NCBI GenBank assembly: GCA_965369385.1
Contig: CBDUQP010000002.1
Span: 783 to 64,782, forward strand
Length of the DNA: 64,000 nucleotides
Direction: 5' to 3'
Source of the DNA: an uncultured Phycisphaerales bacterium
GTDB taxonomy: Bacteria; Planctomycetota; Phycisphaerae; SM23-33
A program made the translations under genes and the position numbers. Within the stretch, counting starts at the first letter, position 1. Each line of letters starts with the position of its first letter. Below the pieces are notes generated by a model that was not told where the DNA came from, did not search any database, and was given only the letters and a program-made list of their open reading frames with translations. This document shows positions 39,004 to 48,700 of this stretch, one piece after another.

Positions 39004-39744
39004 CTACCTGCGGTTCCTGCGGAACATCGCCAGTGCGCCGAGGGCCAGCAAACTCAGCGTAGCCGGTTCGGGAACGGCAGCATACTCGACATGACCCGTC
39101 ACCGTAATACCTTCGGCAAAGCCATCGGTGAAACCAGCTATATCGAGTCCGAAAGTACGAGTCGAAGACGTGCCCGCAACAGCAACATCAGCTGGATTCC
39201 AGCTAACAAGATCATAATCATTTACCAGTGCCCAAGACAGACCGCTGCCGGTCAGGGCAACTGCTGCCGACGTGCCGGTATTGCCTGCCGTGGTCTCCGC
39301 CCAGTTAGCATAATCATCACCAGCAACCTGGTAAACGGTGGCGTGGCGGCCGGCATAGACGCTGATACTGTCAATCACGAGCGTCATCGGGGCAGCGCCT
39401 TGCCCTGTCAGTCCACCGGTATACTCCGCAGCAATCGTAACGCCGAAGCTGATCCTGCCGGAGTAATTGCCGGTAGTTCCATCAGCAAGTATCCCGGACC
39501 CAAATGTTGGCCCAGTACTCGACCAGAAGGCACCTACCGGACCTGGGGCAATAGTGACAGTCACATCAAAATCACCCGTTACCCCGGTGTTGGTAGCGGA
39601 CGTTTCGGTGTCACCCCAACCAGCTTCAGTACCGCACCCATACGCCAGCGAAAACGTGTTGCTGGTCAGAACTTGGGCCGACGCCCCGGTCGTCACCGCG
39701 ACCAAAACAGCCAACGCTGCTACAATTCCTAGAGTTCTCATCAT
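39004..39744 (-). CDS. PEP-CTERM domain exported protein
   Basis: Signal peptide MMRTLGIVAALAVLVAVTTGASAQ and C-terminal VPEPATLSLLALGALAMFRRNRR sorting signal. Gly/Thr-rich body. Confidence 0.8.
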   Translation of the reverse strand: MMRTLGIVAALAVLVAVTTGASAQVLTSNTFSLAYGCGTEAGWGDTETSATNTGVTGDFDVTVTIAPGPVGAFWSSTGPTFGSGILADGTTGNYSGRISFGVTIAAEYTGGLTGQGAAPMTLVIDSISVYAGRHATVYQVAGDDYANWAETTAGNTGTSAAVALTGSGLSWALVNDYDLVSWNPADVAVAGTSSTRTFGLDIAGFTDGFAEGITVTGHVEYAAVPEPATLSLLALGALAMFRRNRR

Positions 39745-40043
39745 CTTGGCTCTCCTTGAATCTCCGTCTACATTTGATTCTTGTCAGTCAATCAATTCTT
39801 CACCGCTCCCACATGACACCTTGACCTACCCAACCTGGAGCCTCACTTTTCCGTCTTGACGCAAGTCGATTTGGTGTTGTTCGCAGCTCTAATCGAGTGA
39901 CCTGATGCCGGGCACCCTGCCCGACACCACATACGATACCACCGATTCTGGTATTGTCAAGGTCTTAAATAGGATTATCTCTTGGATGTATTGGATATTG
40001 TGGTATATTAAGACTGTGACGAAGTTGTTGATGTATCCGCTAC

Positions 40044-41195
40044 GTGGTAGTAGATTGCATTACTGAAGAAGCGAATTGCAGCACTGATGTACGGCGAATT
40101 CATAGGATTATGAGAAGAATACCGGCACAAACCGACCTTGCAAACGACCTTGCCAATGCCCTGCTACAGGACGTTCGTGACAGGGGATTGCAAGAGGGCG
40201 ACCGCTATTACACCACGGAAGAAGCCGGCCATAAGTTCTCCGTTTGCAAAGAAACGGCAAGAAAGGCCATGAAAATACTGGCCGGACGCGACGTGCTGGT
40301 GCGCCTCCGGCGGAGGGGAACTTTCGTGGGCTCGATGGCCGCAGCCAGACCGCAGCCCAAAGTCGCCCGAAGGCGGCTTCTCGTGCTGACACCGCCTGTC
40401 GTTTGCAGTTCCCCACAACTCGAATTCAGTCAGATTCCGCATTTTCTGGATCAGGCGATGAACAACATCTTCATCCAGAGCCATATCCTCCCTCTGGATG
40501 CGGACGTATCGATTATTCGGGAAATGGTCGACAACGTCAGAAACACCGGCCATCTTGACGGGATAGTCAGCGGTTCCCGCACGCGCGAGGTGCATGATTA
40601 TATGACCTCACTTGATGTCCCGGCGGTGGTTCTGGGCACGCTGGATTCGGGACAGACCGACCTGTCATCGCTGGACCTGGATTACAATCAAGCCGGTAGA
40701 CTGCTGGCGGAATATGTGATTGGACTGGGACACACCCACGTAATCGCCCAGTTGGCCAATAATTTTCGCGGGGATCATCACTTCGCCGACAGCATCGCCG
40801 ACGTTATGTCGGCAGCTCATTTACCGCCGAGTTCCCTGAGAGTAAGAACCTTCTGCGGTGATCTTGAAACCGTCCGTGCCAATTTCAGAGACCTGCTGAG
40901 CAATAACAACCGCCCGACAGCCATCATAACGCGCGGCCGGGCGCTGGCGGATACTGCGGCGGCGGCAGCCGATGACGTGGGGCTTTGCATCAGCAAGGAT
41001 ATCGAGATCGTCTGGTCGGGAAGCGCACTGAAAGTCGAAGAGTATTCCCCTTACGTCAACGTCCAGTCAAAACTCGGCATGGACGAGATAGCGTCGATGG
41101 TAGCGAAGATGCTCGAAGACCAGAGAGAGGGCAGAGCGCTTGAGGAAAAACACGTCTTCATCCCCGCCGAACTGTGCATGCCCTCGGTAAATTAG
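40044..41195 (+). CDS. GntR-type HTH regulator with PBP-like effector domain
   Basis: wHTH (..YYTTEEAGHKFSVCKETARKAMKILAGRDVLVRLRRRGTFV..) followed by a LacI/PBP-like domain. The true start may be an internal Met (~40108). Confidence 0.6.
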   Translation: MVVDCITEEANCSTDVRRIHRIMRRIPAQTDLANDLANALLQDVRDRGLQEGDRYYTTEEAGHKFSVCKETARKAMKILAGRDVLVRLRRRGTFVGSMAAARPQPKVARRRLLVLTPPVVCSSPQLEFSQIPHFLDQAMNNIFIQSHILPLDADVSIIREMVDNVRNTGHLDGIVSGSRTREVHDYMTSLDVPAVVLGTLDSGQTDLSSLDLDYNQAGRLLAEYVIGLGHTHVIAQLANNFRGDHHFADSIADVMSAAHLPPSSLRVRTFCGDLETVRANFRDLLSNNNRPTAIITRGRALADTAAAAADDVGLCISKDIEIVWSGSALKVEEYSPYVNVQSKLGMDEIASMVAKMLEDQREGRALEEKHVFIPAELCMPSVN

Positions 41196-41199
41196 GCCC

Positions 41200-41390
41200 C
41201 TCGCGGTGGCTCGCATGTGCGAAAATGGGAAGCGAAAATGGGGACTGTACCGATTCTGGGACTGTCCCCACTTTCGCGTCATACGCTATCTGACGCAACA
41301 TAGGTTATCGACCGCAAAAACGGGGACAGTCCCAGAATCGGTACAGTCCCCGTTTTTGCTCGTCTTTGATCCGTCCCCGCCACATGTGGC
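41200..41390. repeat. REP/BIME-like structured repeat, copy B (most complete copy)
   Basis: TCGCGGTGGCTCGCATGTGCG-AAAATGGGAAGCGAAAATGGGGACTGTACCGATTCTGGGACTGTCCCCACTTTCGCG...GCAAAAACGGGGACAGTCCCAGAATCGGTACAGTCCCCGTTTTTGC-TCGTCTTTGATCCGTCCCCGCCACATGTGGC. Starts 5 bp after the regulator stop codon. Confidence 0.8.
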
Positions 41391-41583
41391 ATTTTTATGT
41401 TCAAACCTGTGCCAAAGCATGGAAAAATGATCCCTCAGAGCGCAAGATATGCATCGTTCAGATGGTTTGGCACAATGGGCCATGCGAATCCGTCTGGCAG
41501 ACCGGCAACCGGTGACAGAGCGTCGCCGAAGACCCGGAAAAATCCCGGACAAGCTACCAGGCCCAGATACAGGATAGAATAAC

Positions 41584-42603
41584 GTGACTACTCCTCTTCG
41601 TTTTGCGTTCGTTGGTTTCAGACATGGACACATCATGGCCCTGCTGGCGGCCGTCAAGGAACACGCCTGCTGCGAGCTGGTTGCCTGCTGCGAGGAAGAT
41701 GTTGAAAACTCGCTCGTGAATGACAACATCGAAATAACCCACACCGATTACGACAGGATGCTCGCCGAAGTTGACTGCGATGTGATAGCCGTGGGCGACT
41801 ACTACGAAAAGCGCGGCGCGATCATTATCAGTGCACTGAAAGCAGGCAAGCACGTGATCGCAGACAAACCGATCTGCACAACGCTTGATGAACTGGCCAC
41901 GATAGAGAACCTCTCCAAAGCGAAACAGCTTTCGGTCGGCTGCCAGCTTGACCTCCGCGGCGTGGGCTGGTGCCGCACCATGCGCACCATGGTCAACGAA
42001 GGCAAAATCGGCGAAGTTCACACCATCACATTCTCCGGCCAGCATCCCCTGGCTGTGGGCGAGCGTCCCGACTGGTACTTCCAGGACAATTGCCACGGCG
42101 GAACCATCAACGATATCGCCATCCACGGTATTGACCTGATACCCTGGATGACCGGACGAAAGATTGTGGAAGTGGTGGCAGCACGCGGCTGGAATGCACG
42201 ATGCAAAGCGAACAAGAGCTTCCAGGACGGCGCTCAACTGATGCTGCGTCTGGATAACGATGGCGGTGTGCTGGCAGATGTATCGTACCTGAAGCCCGAA
42301 AAATGCACTGCGAACCTCCAGCAGTACTGGCGTTTCACCGTCCACGGCAGCGGTGGCATGATGGAAGGTTACTATGGATGTGACTCAATCGAGTACGTGA
42401 GCATGGAAGATGAAGGCGTCACAACGATCCCGTGCGAACCTGACGCCGTCGCAGCCTACCTCAACGATTTCCTCAAGGAAATAGCAGGCGAAACCCCAGA
42501 CGCTATCGATCTGACAACCGAGCAGGTGATAGAGTCGGCGAAGATCACGCTGCTGACGCAGAAGGCAGCCGATGAAGGCTGCTGCAACTTGTCTTGCAAG
42601 TAA
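41584..42603 (+). CDS. Gfo/Idh/MocA-family oxidoreductase
   Basis: Rossmann N-terminus (FAFVGFRHGHI..), EKP-like ADKPICT motif. 339 aa. Confidence 0.75.
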   Translation: MTTPLRFAFVGFRHGHIMALLAAVKEHACCELVACCEEDVENSLVNDNIEITHTDYDRMLAEVDCDVIAVGDYYEKRGAIIISALKAGKHVIADKPICTTLDELATIENLSKAKQLSVGCQLDLRGVGWCRTMRTMVNEGKIGEVHTITFSGQHPLAVGERPDWYFQDNCHGGTINDIAIHGIDLIPWMTGRKIVEVVAARGWNARCKANKSFQDGAQLMLRLDNDGGVLADVSYLKPEKCTANLQQYWRFTVHGSGGMMEGYYGCDSIEYVSMEDEGVTTIPCEPDAVAAYLNDFLKEIAGETPDAIDLTTEQVIESAKITLLTQKAADEGCCNLSCK

Positions 42604-42645
42604 CGCGGATGACACGTCAGCGCGACAAGCGGTGACGCACAATCG

Positions 42646-42756
42646 AGCGAAAATGGGGACTGTCCCGTCGTTGGGGACTGTCCCCACTTTCGCGGCGTAC
42701 GCTATCTACCGCAAAAGCGGGGACAGTCCCAGAATCGGTACAGTCCCCGTTTTTGC
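42646..42756. repeat. REP/BIME-like structured repeat, copy C (shorter spacer, variant arm 1)
   Basis: GCGAAAATGGGGACTGTCCCGTCGTTGGGGACTGTCCCCACTTTCGCG...GCAAAAGCGGGGACAGTCCCAGAATCGGTACAGTCCCCGTTTTTGC. The spacer is shortened, consistent with a deletion between the GCTATC direct repeats. Lies after the oxidoreductase stop. Confidence 0.8.
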
Positions 42757-42974
42757 TGCCTGACAACGGCACCTCCACTTCTAATCCGGGAATACTACAA
42801 TTCTTCAATATCCACTATTCTCTGTTCCTCGCGGGCAACATCGACCAGAAAACCTACGAGATGCCCGTAGATGGAATCTTCCAGGAAGGTAGCCGAAATC
42901 GATGGTGCCTGGCCGCGAATGACCTGCATGAAATCATTCACCACGATGGTGTTCCGCTGAAGCGATGTGAAAAA

Positions 42975-43199
42975 TCAGTCGGCCTTCCGCATATGCCATG
43001 CCCGTTTGATGGCGTCTGCGAGCTTAACCTTCGTCACATGGTTGCGATAGCTCATCTGGACGTGATCCACGTCCTGGAGCAATCCCAAATCATCTGGAAC
43101 ATAAGTCGCTATTCTTGAAATACTTAAAGCCTTCTCGCTTCGATCTACCGTCATACTGGGCTGCTCTGCCATCACTTTTCCTCTCTCTGCTATGGTCAA
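42975..43199 (-). CDS. Small hypothetical protein (74 aa)
   Basis: ORF MTIAERGKVMAEQPSMTVDRSEKALSISRIATYVPDDLGLLQDVDHVQMSYRNHVTKVKLADAIKRAWHMRKAD. A second ~50-aa reading frame follows on the same strand (42972-42810, ..RNTIVVNDFMQVIRGQAPSISATFLEDSIYGHLVGFLVDVAREEQRIVDIEEL), directly after its stop codon. No family assignment possible. Confidence 0.3.
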   Translation of the reverse strand: MTIAERGKVMAEQPSMTVDRSEKALSISRIATYVPDDLGLLQDVDHVQMSYRNHVTKVKLADAIKRAWHMRKAD

Positions 43200-43538
43200 T
43201 GTTCATTCTTACAAATGTACCCATGCCCTTCCGCTTAGAACAACCCCATAGAAACATTCGGCAGTAAAGGACCCAAAGTTTACACTTATGCCATTTTTCC
43301 GAGATTTTCCCCGATCAATTCCCGGAAACTTCCCGGAAAACCCCAAATGACCGCCCGATCTACGAACCGGTCGACTTGTAGTAACGCAGTCCGAGTTAAC
43401 AAAGGTGAGTACGCGGTATCGAGATTTCTGGAGGCAGGGCAATCGCATCTAATGTCCCTGCCGACAGAGACTTGAGAATCAAAACAAACGCTATCCGGCG
43501 GTTCACTGCCCACTATCCGTCTCTGGCGCCAAATCTGA

Positions 43539-45077
43539 TCACAGCTTTCGCCAAGCGCGGGCGAGTTTCTTTAGGTCCTTCATGGGCAGCTTGTCGGCCT
43601 TCTTGCCGTAATGCACGAAATGCTCGGCGTAGAACAGGCACGGAACGCCCAGCTCGCTGCTGCGGAGGGTGTAGTCCAGCCATTTGTCGTATTCATCGCT
43701 GATCCAGTCGTCGGTATCGATCAGGGCCGCGGGCAGAGTCGCCCTGGAAAGCTCAGCGCGGAGCTTCATCCCGTCAAACACATCGCAGCCGGTGAAGATG
43801 GTATCGTGCAGACGAACCATATCCAGCGTGTCATAAAAATAGGGATGCACCGTACTGCTGGTGACCAGGGCGTCGGCCTTGGCGCACTTGGCGGCGGCGT
43901 AGATATCCTTCTGGTGCAGATAGAGCAGTTCCATGCCCCACCTATCAGCGGCAACTTTCATCTTGGGCAACTTGGGCGCAGGATTCTTTGCGGATTTCCT
44001 GGGCGGCTTCACAAAGAACGGGCTACCGAGCACAGAACATCCGCGAACGCGATGCTCACAGGGAACGTACTGCAGTTGGTCTATCTTGAAACCGTCGGCA
44101 TTGTAGCATCCCTTATCGGGCGAGATGAGCTTATGCACCTGGGCCTTCACAAAACACCGATAGGCGGGGTTGCTGGGGTCGGCCACAAGTTTGGTCTTGC
44201 CCGAATGCACGCACCACTCATCCGGCAGGCCCTCGCAGAACCACGTGGGAATCCACAACAGAACGCGACGTCCCTTGTCGTGCTGGCGATCAATGAAGCC
44301 TCGCAGGTCCGGCCAGCGAGTATATAGCGGGTCCCAAACACCACCAAGCGACCATCCGGCGTCGATGGTTACCGTGCCGATAGGCACCTCGGCCTGCTCG
44401 AGTCGCGCCAGCCAGCGTTCGTACAACCCCTGCGTGCAGTAATTATTCGCACGTTGCTCGTCGCCGGGACCTTCTAGTGCCAGTGACATCGCCACCTGAT
44501 CGCCCCATCCGCAATAGTTCGGCCGACACCACCAGTCAGGCGCATCGGCACTCTTGCGATATGCGGCGGGATATGCCTTCGTCAGCCCGCGTGTGAGCAG
44601 TTCCATGGGCGTCTCGCCATCGCGAATATCCACCAGTAGCACGCTCACATGCTTCGCCACGCGCGATGGCGTGCTGTGACCTTCCAGATCGATTCGGACT
44701 TCAACACCACTCTTGCTCGCTACGAACTCGGCGAGATTCCACAAATGCCATCCGCAATCCGCCTTCACGCACACAAGCGTCTTGTTGCAGTCACCTTCGG
44801 CGACAATGGCAACGGGGTTTGGCGTGAGCTTGGCGCAGGCTTCTGGCGTATCGTAGGTGCCGGTCCGTATGGTCTTCGGCAGACGATACGACTCGGTGCG
44901 GTGGGTCTCGGTGGGAACCGGGCACCACGCTCGCTTCGGCACAAAGCCCAGCATTTCGGGCGTTATGATGGCGGATATATGCGATTTACCGGAAGCTTTG
45001 AAGTCAATTCGCCGAGTCTTCATCAGGCACGTCCTCTCTGCAAGAGTGTCACGAGCCCGAGATTGTACGCACGCCAA
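43539..45077 (-). CDS. TIM-barrel glycoside hydrolase (GH27/GH31/GH36-clan-like)
   Basis: ..VTIDAGWSLGG.., ..ADGFKIDQLQY.. motifs typical of clan GH-D-like alpha-glycosidases. The likely start is MKTRRIDFK (~45023). No signal peptide. Confidence 0.5.
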   Translation of the reverse strand: MACVQSRARDTLAERTCLMKTRRIDFKASGKSHISAIITPEMLGFVPKRAWCPVPTETHRTESYRLPKTIRTGTYDTPEACAKLTPNPVAIVAEGDCNKTLVCVKADCGWHLWNLAEFVASKSGVEVRIDLEGHSTPSRVAKHVSVLLVDIRDGETPMELLTRGLTKAYPAAYRKSADAPDWWCRPNYCGWGDQVAMSLALEGPGDEQRANNYCTQGLYERWLARLEQAEVPIGTVTIDAGWSLGGVWDPLYTRWPDLRGFIDRQHDKGRRVLLWIPTWFCEGLPDEWCVHSGKTKLVADPSNPAYRCFVKAQVHKLISPDKGCYNADGFKIDQLQYVPCEHRVRGCSVLGSPFFVKPPRKSAKNPAPKLPKMKVAADRWGMELLYLHQKDIYAAAKCAKADALVTSSTVHPYFYDTLDMVRLHDTIFTGCDVFDGMKLRAELSRATLPAALIDTDDWISDEYDKWLDYTLRSSELGVPCLFYAEHFVHYGKKADKLPMKDLKKLARAWRKL

Positions 45078-45121
45078 TCGCTGGAATCAACAATCCGCTA
45101 AACCGATTTGTTTGTGCACAT

Positions 45122-45964
45122 TTAGAGTGACCGCAAATAATCGGCCGCTCGCCTTACCGCTTCGGCGGGATGATACTTATCGCCTTCGTACTCGATATTG
45201 ATGGTCCCGTCGTATCCGAACTCTCGCATCGCAGCCACCACACCGGCGTTGTCGACTTCGCCCTCACCTATCAGGGCGGCCTTGGTGTACTTGCCACTCA
45301 GCATCGGTGTAGGACGGAAATCCTCGCGAGGTTCATCACTGAAGTACCAGTCCTTGAGGTGGGCATGCACCGTGTGAGCGGCGACATCCTTGAAGCTCTG
45401 TATGGGCTCTTCGCCCGTGGCGCATCCGCCGCTGTCATACGTAACCTTGCAGCCGGGCACCTGATCGACCGATTCCATCATATCAGCGGCTGTCACGAAC
45501 GGGCTTTCGGTGGACCCGAAGTTCTCAAGTGTCAGTGTCACACCTGCAGCCGCGGCCATCGGCGCCACTTCCTTGAGCCCTTCAAGCCAGTATCCACGAG
45601 CGGTATCGCGATCCATCCCTGCGGTAGGAAGTGTCGGAATCATGATCACCGGGGCACCTAGAGTGACTGCATCTTCGATGCCCTGCTTGGCAAGGTCCAC
45701 ACCGACAGCACGGTCTTCAGGAGATGCAAGCCCCATCGCCGCCAGGAAGGTGAAGCACACTACTTTGATGCCAAGGTCATCGGTCTTCTTGCGGAGCTCG
45801 GCGGCCTCGTAACCGTGAAGGGTCACGAAATCTATACCGTAGAGATCCAGCTCGCGTGTGAGCTTGAGCATTTCGTCGAGATCAAACAGTTCCGCCCGGC
45901 GGGACATGGTGTAAGACATCATCGTAAGTTTCATTGGAACATCCTTTCGCAGACTGGCAATCAC
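45122..45964 (-). CDS. Sugar phosphate isomerase/epimerase (xylose-isomerase-like TIM barrel)
   Basis: 280 aa AP-endonuclease-2/xylose-isomerase-like fold features (..VTLTLENFG.., metal-binding His/Asp/Glu). Confidence 0.65.
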   Translation of the reverse strand: MIASLRKDVPMKLTMMSYTMSRRAELFDLDEMLKLTRELDLYGIDFVTLHGYEAAELRKKTDDLGIKVVCFTFLAAMGLASPEDRAVGVDLAKQGIEDAVTLGAPVIMIPTLPTAGMDRDTARGYWLEGLKEVAPMAAAAGVTLTLENFGSTESPFVTAADMMESVDQVPGCKVTYDSGGCATGEEPIQSFKDVAAHTVHAHLKDWYFSDEPREDFRPTPMLSGKYTKAALIGEGEVDNAGVVAAMREFGYDGTINIEYEGDKYHPAEAVRRAADYLRSL

Positions 45965-47229
45965 TTGCCGGCCAGTTCATTTATCATTTCGATTACAGCT
46001 TCGACGACCAGATCACCCGTCTCGGGTGCCATGCAACTTGAGCTGAGGAACGTCGTCTCGTATCCGCCACGTGTGAATGCTATCTTCGTAGGCACGTATC
46101 CGATGTGATCGTTTCCGAGGCCAACCATCTGAGCCCGCAGCGGATGAGCGGCCATCTTGACCTGCAATCCGAGCTCGACAAAGAACTCGCCCGGCAGAGA
46201 TGCATAGAGAACATCGCCAATGCGGATGACCTGCAGTTCGGTGGTCCGCGTCTTCTCTCTGCGAATCATCTCCGCCAGTTCGCCCGTGTACTTGTCATAG
46301 ATTGTCGGATCCACAAAACGTTGAGCGCCGACGGCTGTGCCTTTGATCTGCTCTTCGGTTGGCTCGCGGTATGGCAGTTTGATCTCTCTGGAGATACAAC
46401 CGATTTCACAATCGGCGGAGAAGCTTATCTTCTCAATCGCCTCTTGCACGTCGGCTGCCAGTATCGCGCCGGTTTCTTCCTTCGGGAGCGGCGGGATGCC
46501 TTCGCTGCCATTGGTGGCGATATTCCCCTGAGCTCCGTTCTGATACACCGTCACCGGACATCCCGCCCGCTTCATCAGGTTCGCAACTACGCCCGGGAAC
46601 CCGGCTGAGAACTCCTCGCTGCCGCCATGATCAGTGGGATGGCAGGTGAAATCCACGATGCATCCGAGAAGCTCACCGCCCGGTCTGCGGGCGGCCAGCA
46701 CACCAACTTCCGGATCGATAGTACCTTCAAGACACAGCGTGTCCGGCTCGCAAAGCTGGAAGTGCGTCTTGACGGTACCATCACGCATAACCGTGCGGCG
46801 GTTGAAAGAGACATCGCTCTCGGAGACGCTGGCAAATCCGAACTCTACATCTTCCATCGCCTCCAACGCCGCGTCAAAACTCCTGACACACTTGTATATC
46901 AGCGTCTTGACGTAATCCTCGTCACATTCGACCTCGCCGCAACTCATCACGGCAGGCCCGGCGTGATTGTGGGTTGCACTCACCATCACCGCCTCGCCTG
47001 GAAAACCGCAACTCGCACTGATGCCATCGCGAATTCGTTTGGTCAGATCGCGGCTGGTGAACAATGTATCACACTGGACAAAGCCCACCCGGCTTCCTTC
47101 GCTCTCGAAGACGGCGGTCCTGACATACAACGGATCCAGCACTTCATTGCATACTATCTTCTTTATCCATCCGATCTTCTCACTTCCGATCGGCGGTGTA
47201 ATGTCAACTTCTGCAAATCCGGCTTTCAT
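45961..47229 (-). CDS. Neutral/alkaline ceramidase-like hydrolase family protein
   Basis: N-terminus MKAGFAEVDITPPIGSEKIGW...PLYVRTAVFESEGSRVGFVQCD parallels the ceramidase N-terminal motif (ADITGP...RLRARAF...FVNLD). Confidence 0.5.
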   Translation of the reverse strand: MKAGFAEVDITPPIGSEKIGWIKKIVCNEVLDPLYVRTAVFESEGSRVGFVQCDTLFTSRDLTKRIRDGISASCGFPGEAVMVSATHNHAGPAVMSCGEVECDEDYVKTLIYKCVRSFDAALEAMEDVEFGFASVSESDVSFNRRTVMRDGTVKTHFQLCEPDTLCLEGTIDPEVGVLAARRPGGELLGCIVDFTCHPTDHGGSEEFSAGFPGVVANLMKRAGCPVTVYQNGAQGNIATNGSEGIPPLPKEETGAILAADVQEAIEKISFSADCEIGCISREIKLPYREPTEEQIKGTAVGAQRFVDPTIYDKYTGELAEMIRREKTRTTELQVIRIGDVLYASLPGEFFVELGLQVKMAAHPLRAQMVGLGNDHIGYVPTKIAFTRGGYETTFLSSSCMAPETGDLVVEAVIEMINELAGK

Positions 47230-47265
47230 CGTCCTGTCCTTTCATAGACATCACACAACTACGTG

Positions 47266-48582
47266 CTACTCGGCGAGAATCGCGTCGGGATCGATGCTTG
47301 CGATATTATCGAACACCTTTTTGAACGCCACTACCACCTGCTCGGCAATATCCGTGCGGTTGGGAGCACGCAGCGGAACGGTCATTCCGAAGTGCGTATC
47401 ACAATGCTTCTGGGCAACGGGATAATCCTCGGGATTATACTCCACGCCTTCGCCCGCACCATTGCAGGACCACGGGCACCCGCCGCCATAAGCGTTCTTC
47501 GCGCGGAACACCGTCATCGAAGGAAGTATGAAGTTCTGCCATACGCTCACCGGTGCGCCTTCGGCCTGGAGTGCCTTCATTACCGCATCCCGCATCCGGG
47601 CCGGATCGCCGGTCCAGCCGATAGCATCCATATCAATGCGGCTGGTGTAATTGTACCAGTTACTCGTGCAGCGGTCGGGCTCGCCGGGCAGCAGCAGGCC
47701 CTTGACATCCTTAAGACCCTTGTTCAGCACAGCCCCGTTTTCCCGCTGGATGGCGTAGTAGTCATCTATCTTCGCCAGCTGCGAGCGGCCGAAAGCGCCG
47801 GTCAGGTCATTACCGCGATACATCCAGCCGAGTGCATAGGCATGATAATCCCTGGACTCCATTGGCGTGCGTGTCTCGCCGAAACTCCAGACCATGGCCG
47901 CAGAGGCGCAAATATCCGGATCATTCGTCACAAACATCCCGCCCTCACCCGCACACAGGCATTTGTTCTGATTGAAGCTGAAGGCCGCGCAGTCACCGTG
48001 CAAACCCACCTTCTTGCCGTCAAACATCGCTCCGTGCGCCTGGCATGCATCTTCGATAACCTTCAGGTTATGCTTGCGTGCGATCGTCATTATCTTGTCC
48101 ATCTGCATAGGCATGCCGTGCAGGTGAACAGCGATGATCGCCTTGGTTCGCGGCGTGATCGCCTGTTCGATCTTATCAATATCCATGTTCATCGAATCGA
48201 AATCCAGGTCCACAAAGATCGGAATCGCGTTGTGGTGGATTATGCACGTTGCGCTGGATGACCAGGAATAGGAAGTCACCAACACATGATCGCCTGCACT
48301 GACTCCGCAGGCCGCGATACCCATGTGCAGAGCACCCGTACCGCTATTTGTGAAGATCGCATGCTTGTTGCCATTCCAGGCGGCAAACTCATCCTGAAAC
48401 GCCTTTGCATTGGGTCCGTATGAGTGATTGTCGACGTCCAGCGCCGCCAGCACCATCTCCCTGTCCGTATCATCGATGGGCGGCCACTTCTGGACAGCGC
48501 CTTCGGGGATAATTCTTTCACCGCCAAGAACGGCCAGTGTGTTATTTGAGGATGTCATTTGTAGTCCTTTCGCCTGGGGCAA
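47266..48582 (-). CDS. DegT/DnrJ/EryC1/StrS-family PLP-dependent sugar aminotransferase
   Basis: ..GDHVLVTSYSW.., PLP-lysine region AFSFNQNKCLCAGEGGMFVTND. 438 aa. Confidence 0.85.
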   Translation of the reverse strand: MPQAKGLQMTSSNNTLAVLGGERIIPEGAVQKWPPIDDTDREMVLAALDVDNHSYGPNAKAFQDEFAAWNGNKHAIFTNSGTGALHMGIAACGVSAGDHVLVTSYSWSSSATCIIHHNAIPIFVDLDFDSMNMDIDKIEQAITPRTKAIIAVHLHGMPMQMDKIMTIARKHNLKVIEDACQAHGAMFDGKKVGLHGDCAAFSFNQNKCLCAGEGGMFVTNDPDICASAAMVWSFGETRTPMESRDYHAYALGWMYRGNDLTGAFGRSQLAKIDDYYAIQRENGAVLNKGLKDVKGLLLPGEPDRCTSNWYNYTSRIDMDAIGWTGDPARMRDAVMKALQAEGAPVSVWQNFILPSMTVFRAKNAYGGGCPWSCNGAGEGVEYNPEDYPVAQKHCDTHFGMTVPLRAPNRTDIAEQVVVAFKKVFDNIASIDPDAILAE

Positions 48583-48700
48583 ACGTATATTTCGTCACGA
48601 ACCCCATGATGACGCCGTCGCACGAATGCGACAAGACAAAGGATTTGCGAATATGTGCGCAATATTGCTCTACCTGCTGAAGCTTATGGTGCAGAAATGA

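Noticed and set aside
38692-42808. ORFs 38692-38952(-), 41206-41430(+), 42572-42763(+), 42617-42808(-) with recurring 'GTVP...SPHFR' peptides
   Set aside because: They lie entirely inside the REP/BIME-like repeats. The peptide similarity is a by-product of the GGGACNGTCCC palindromes read in different frames and strands. No RBS or start-codon context.
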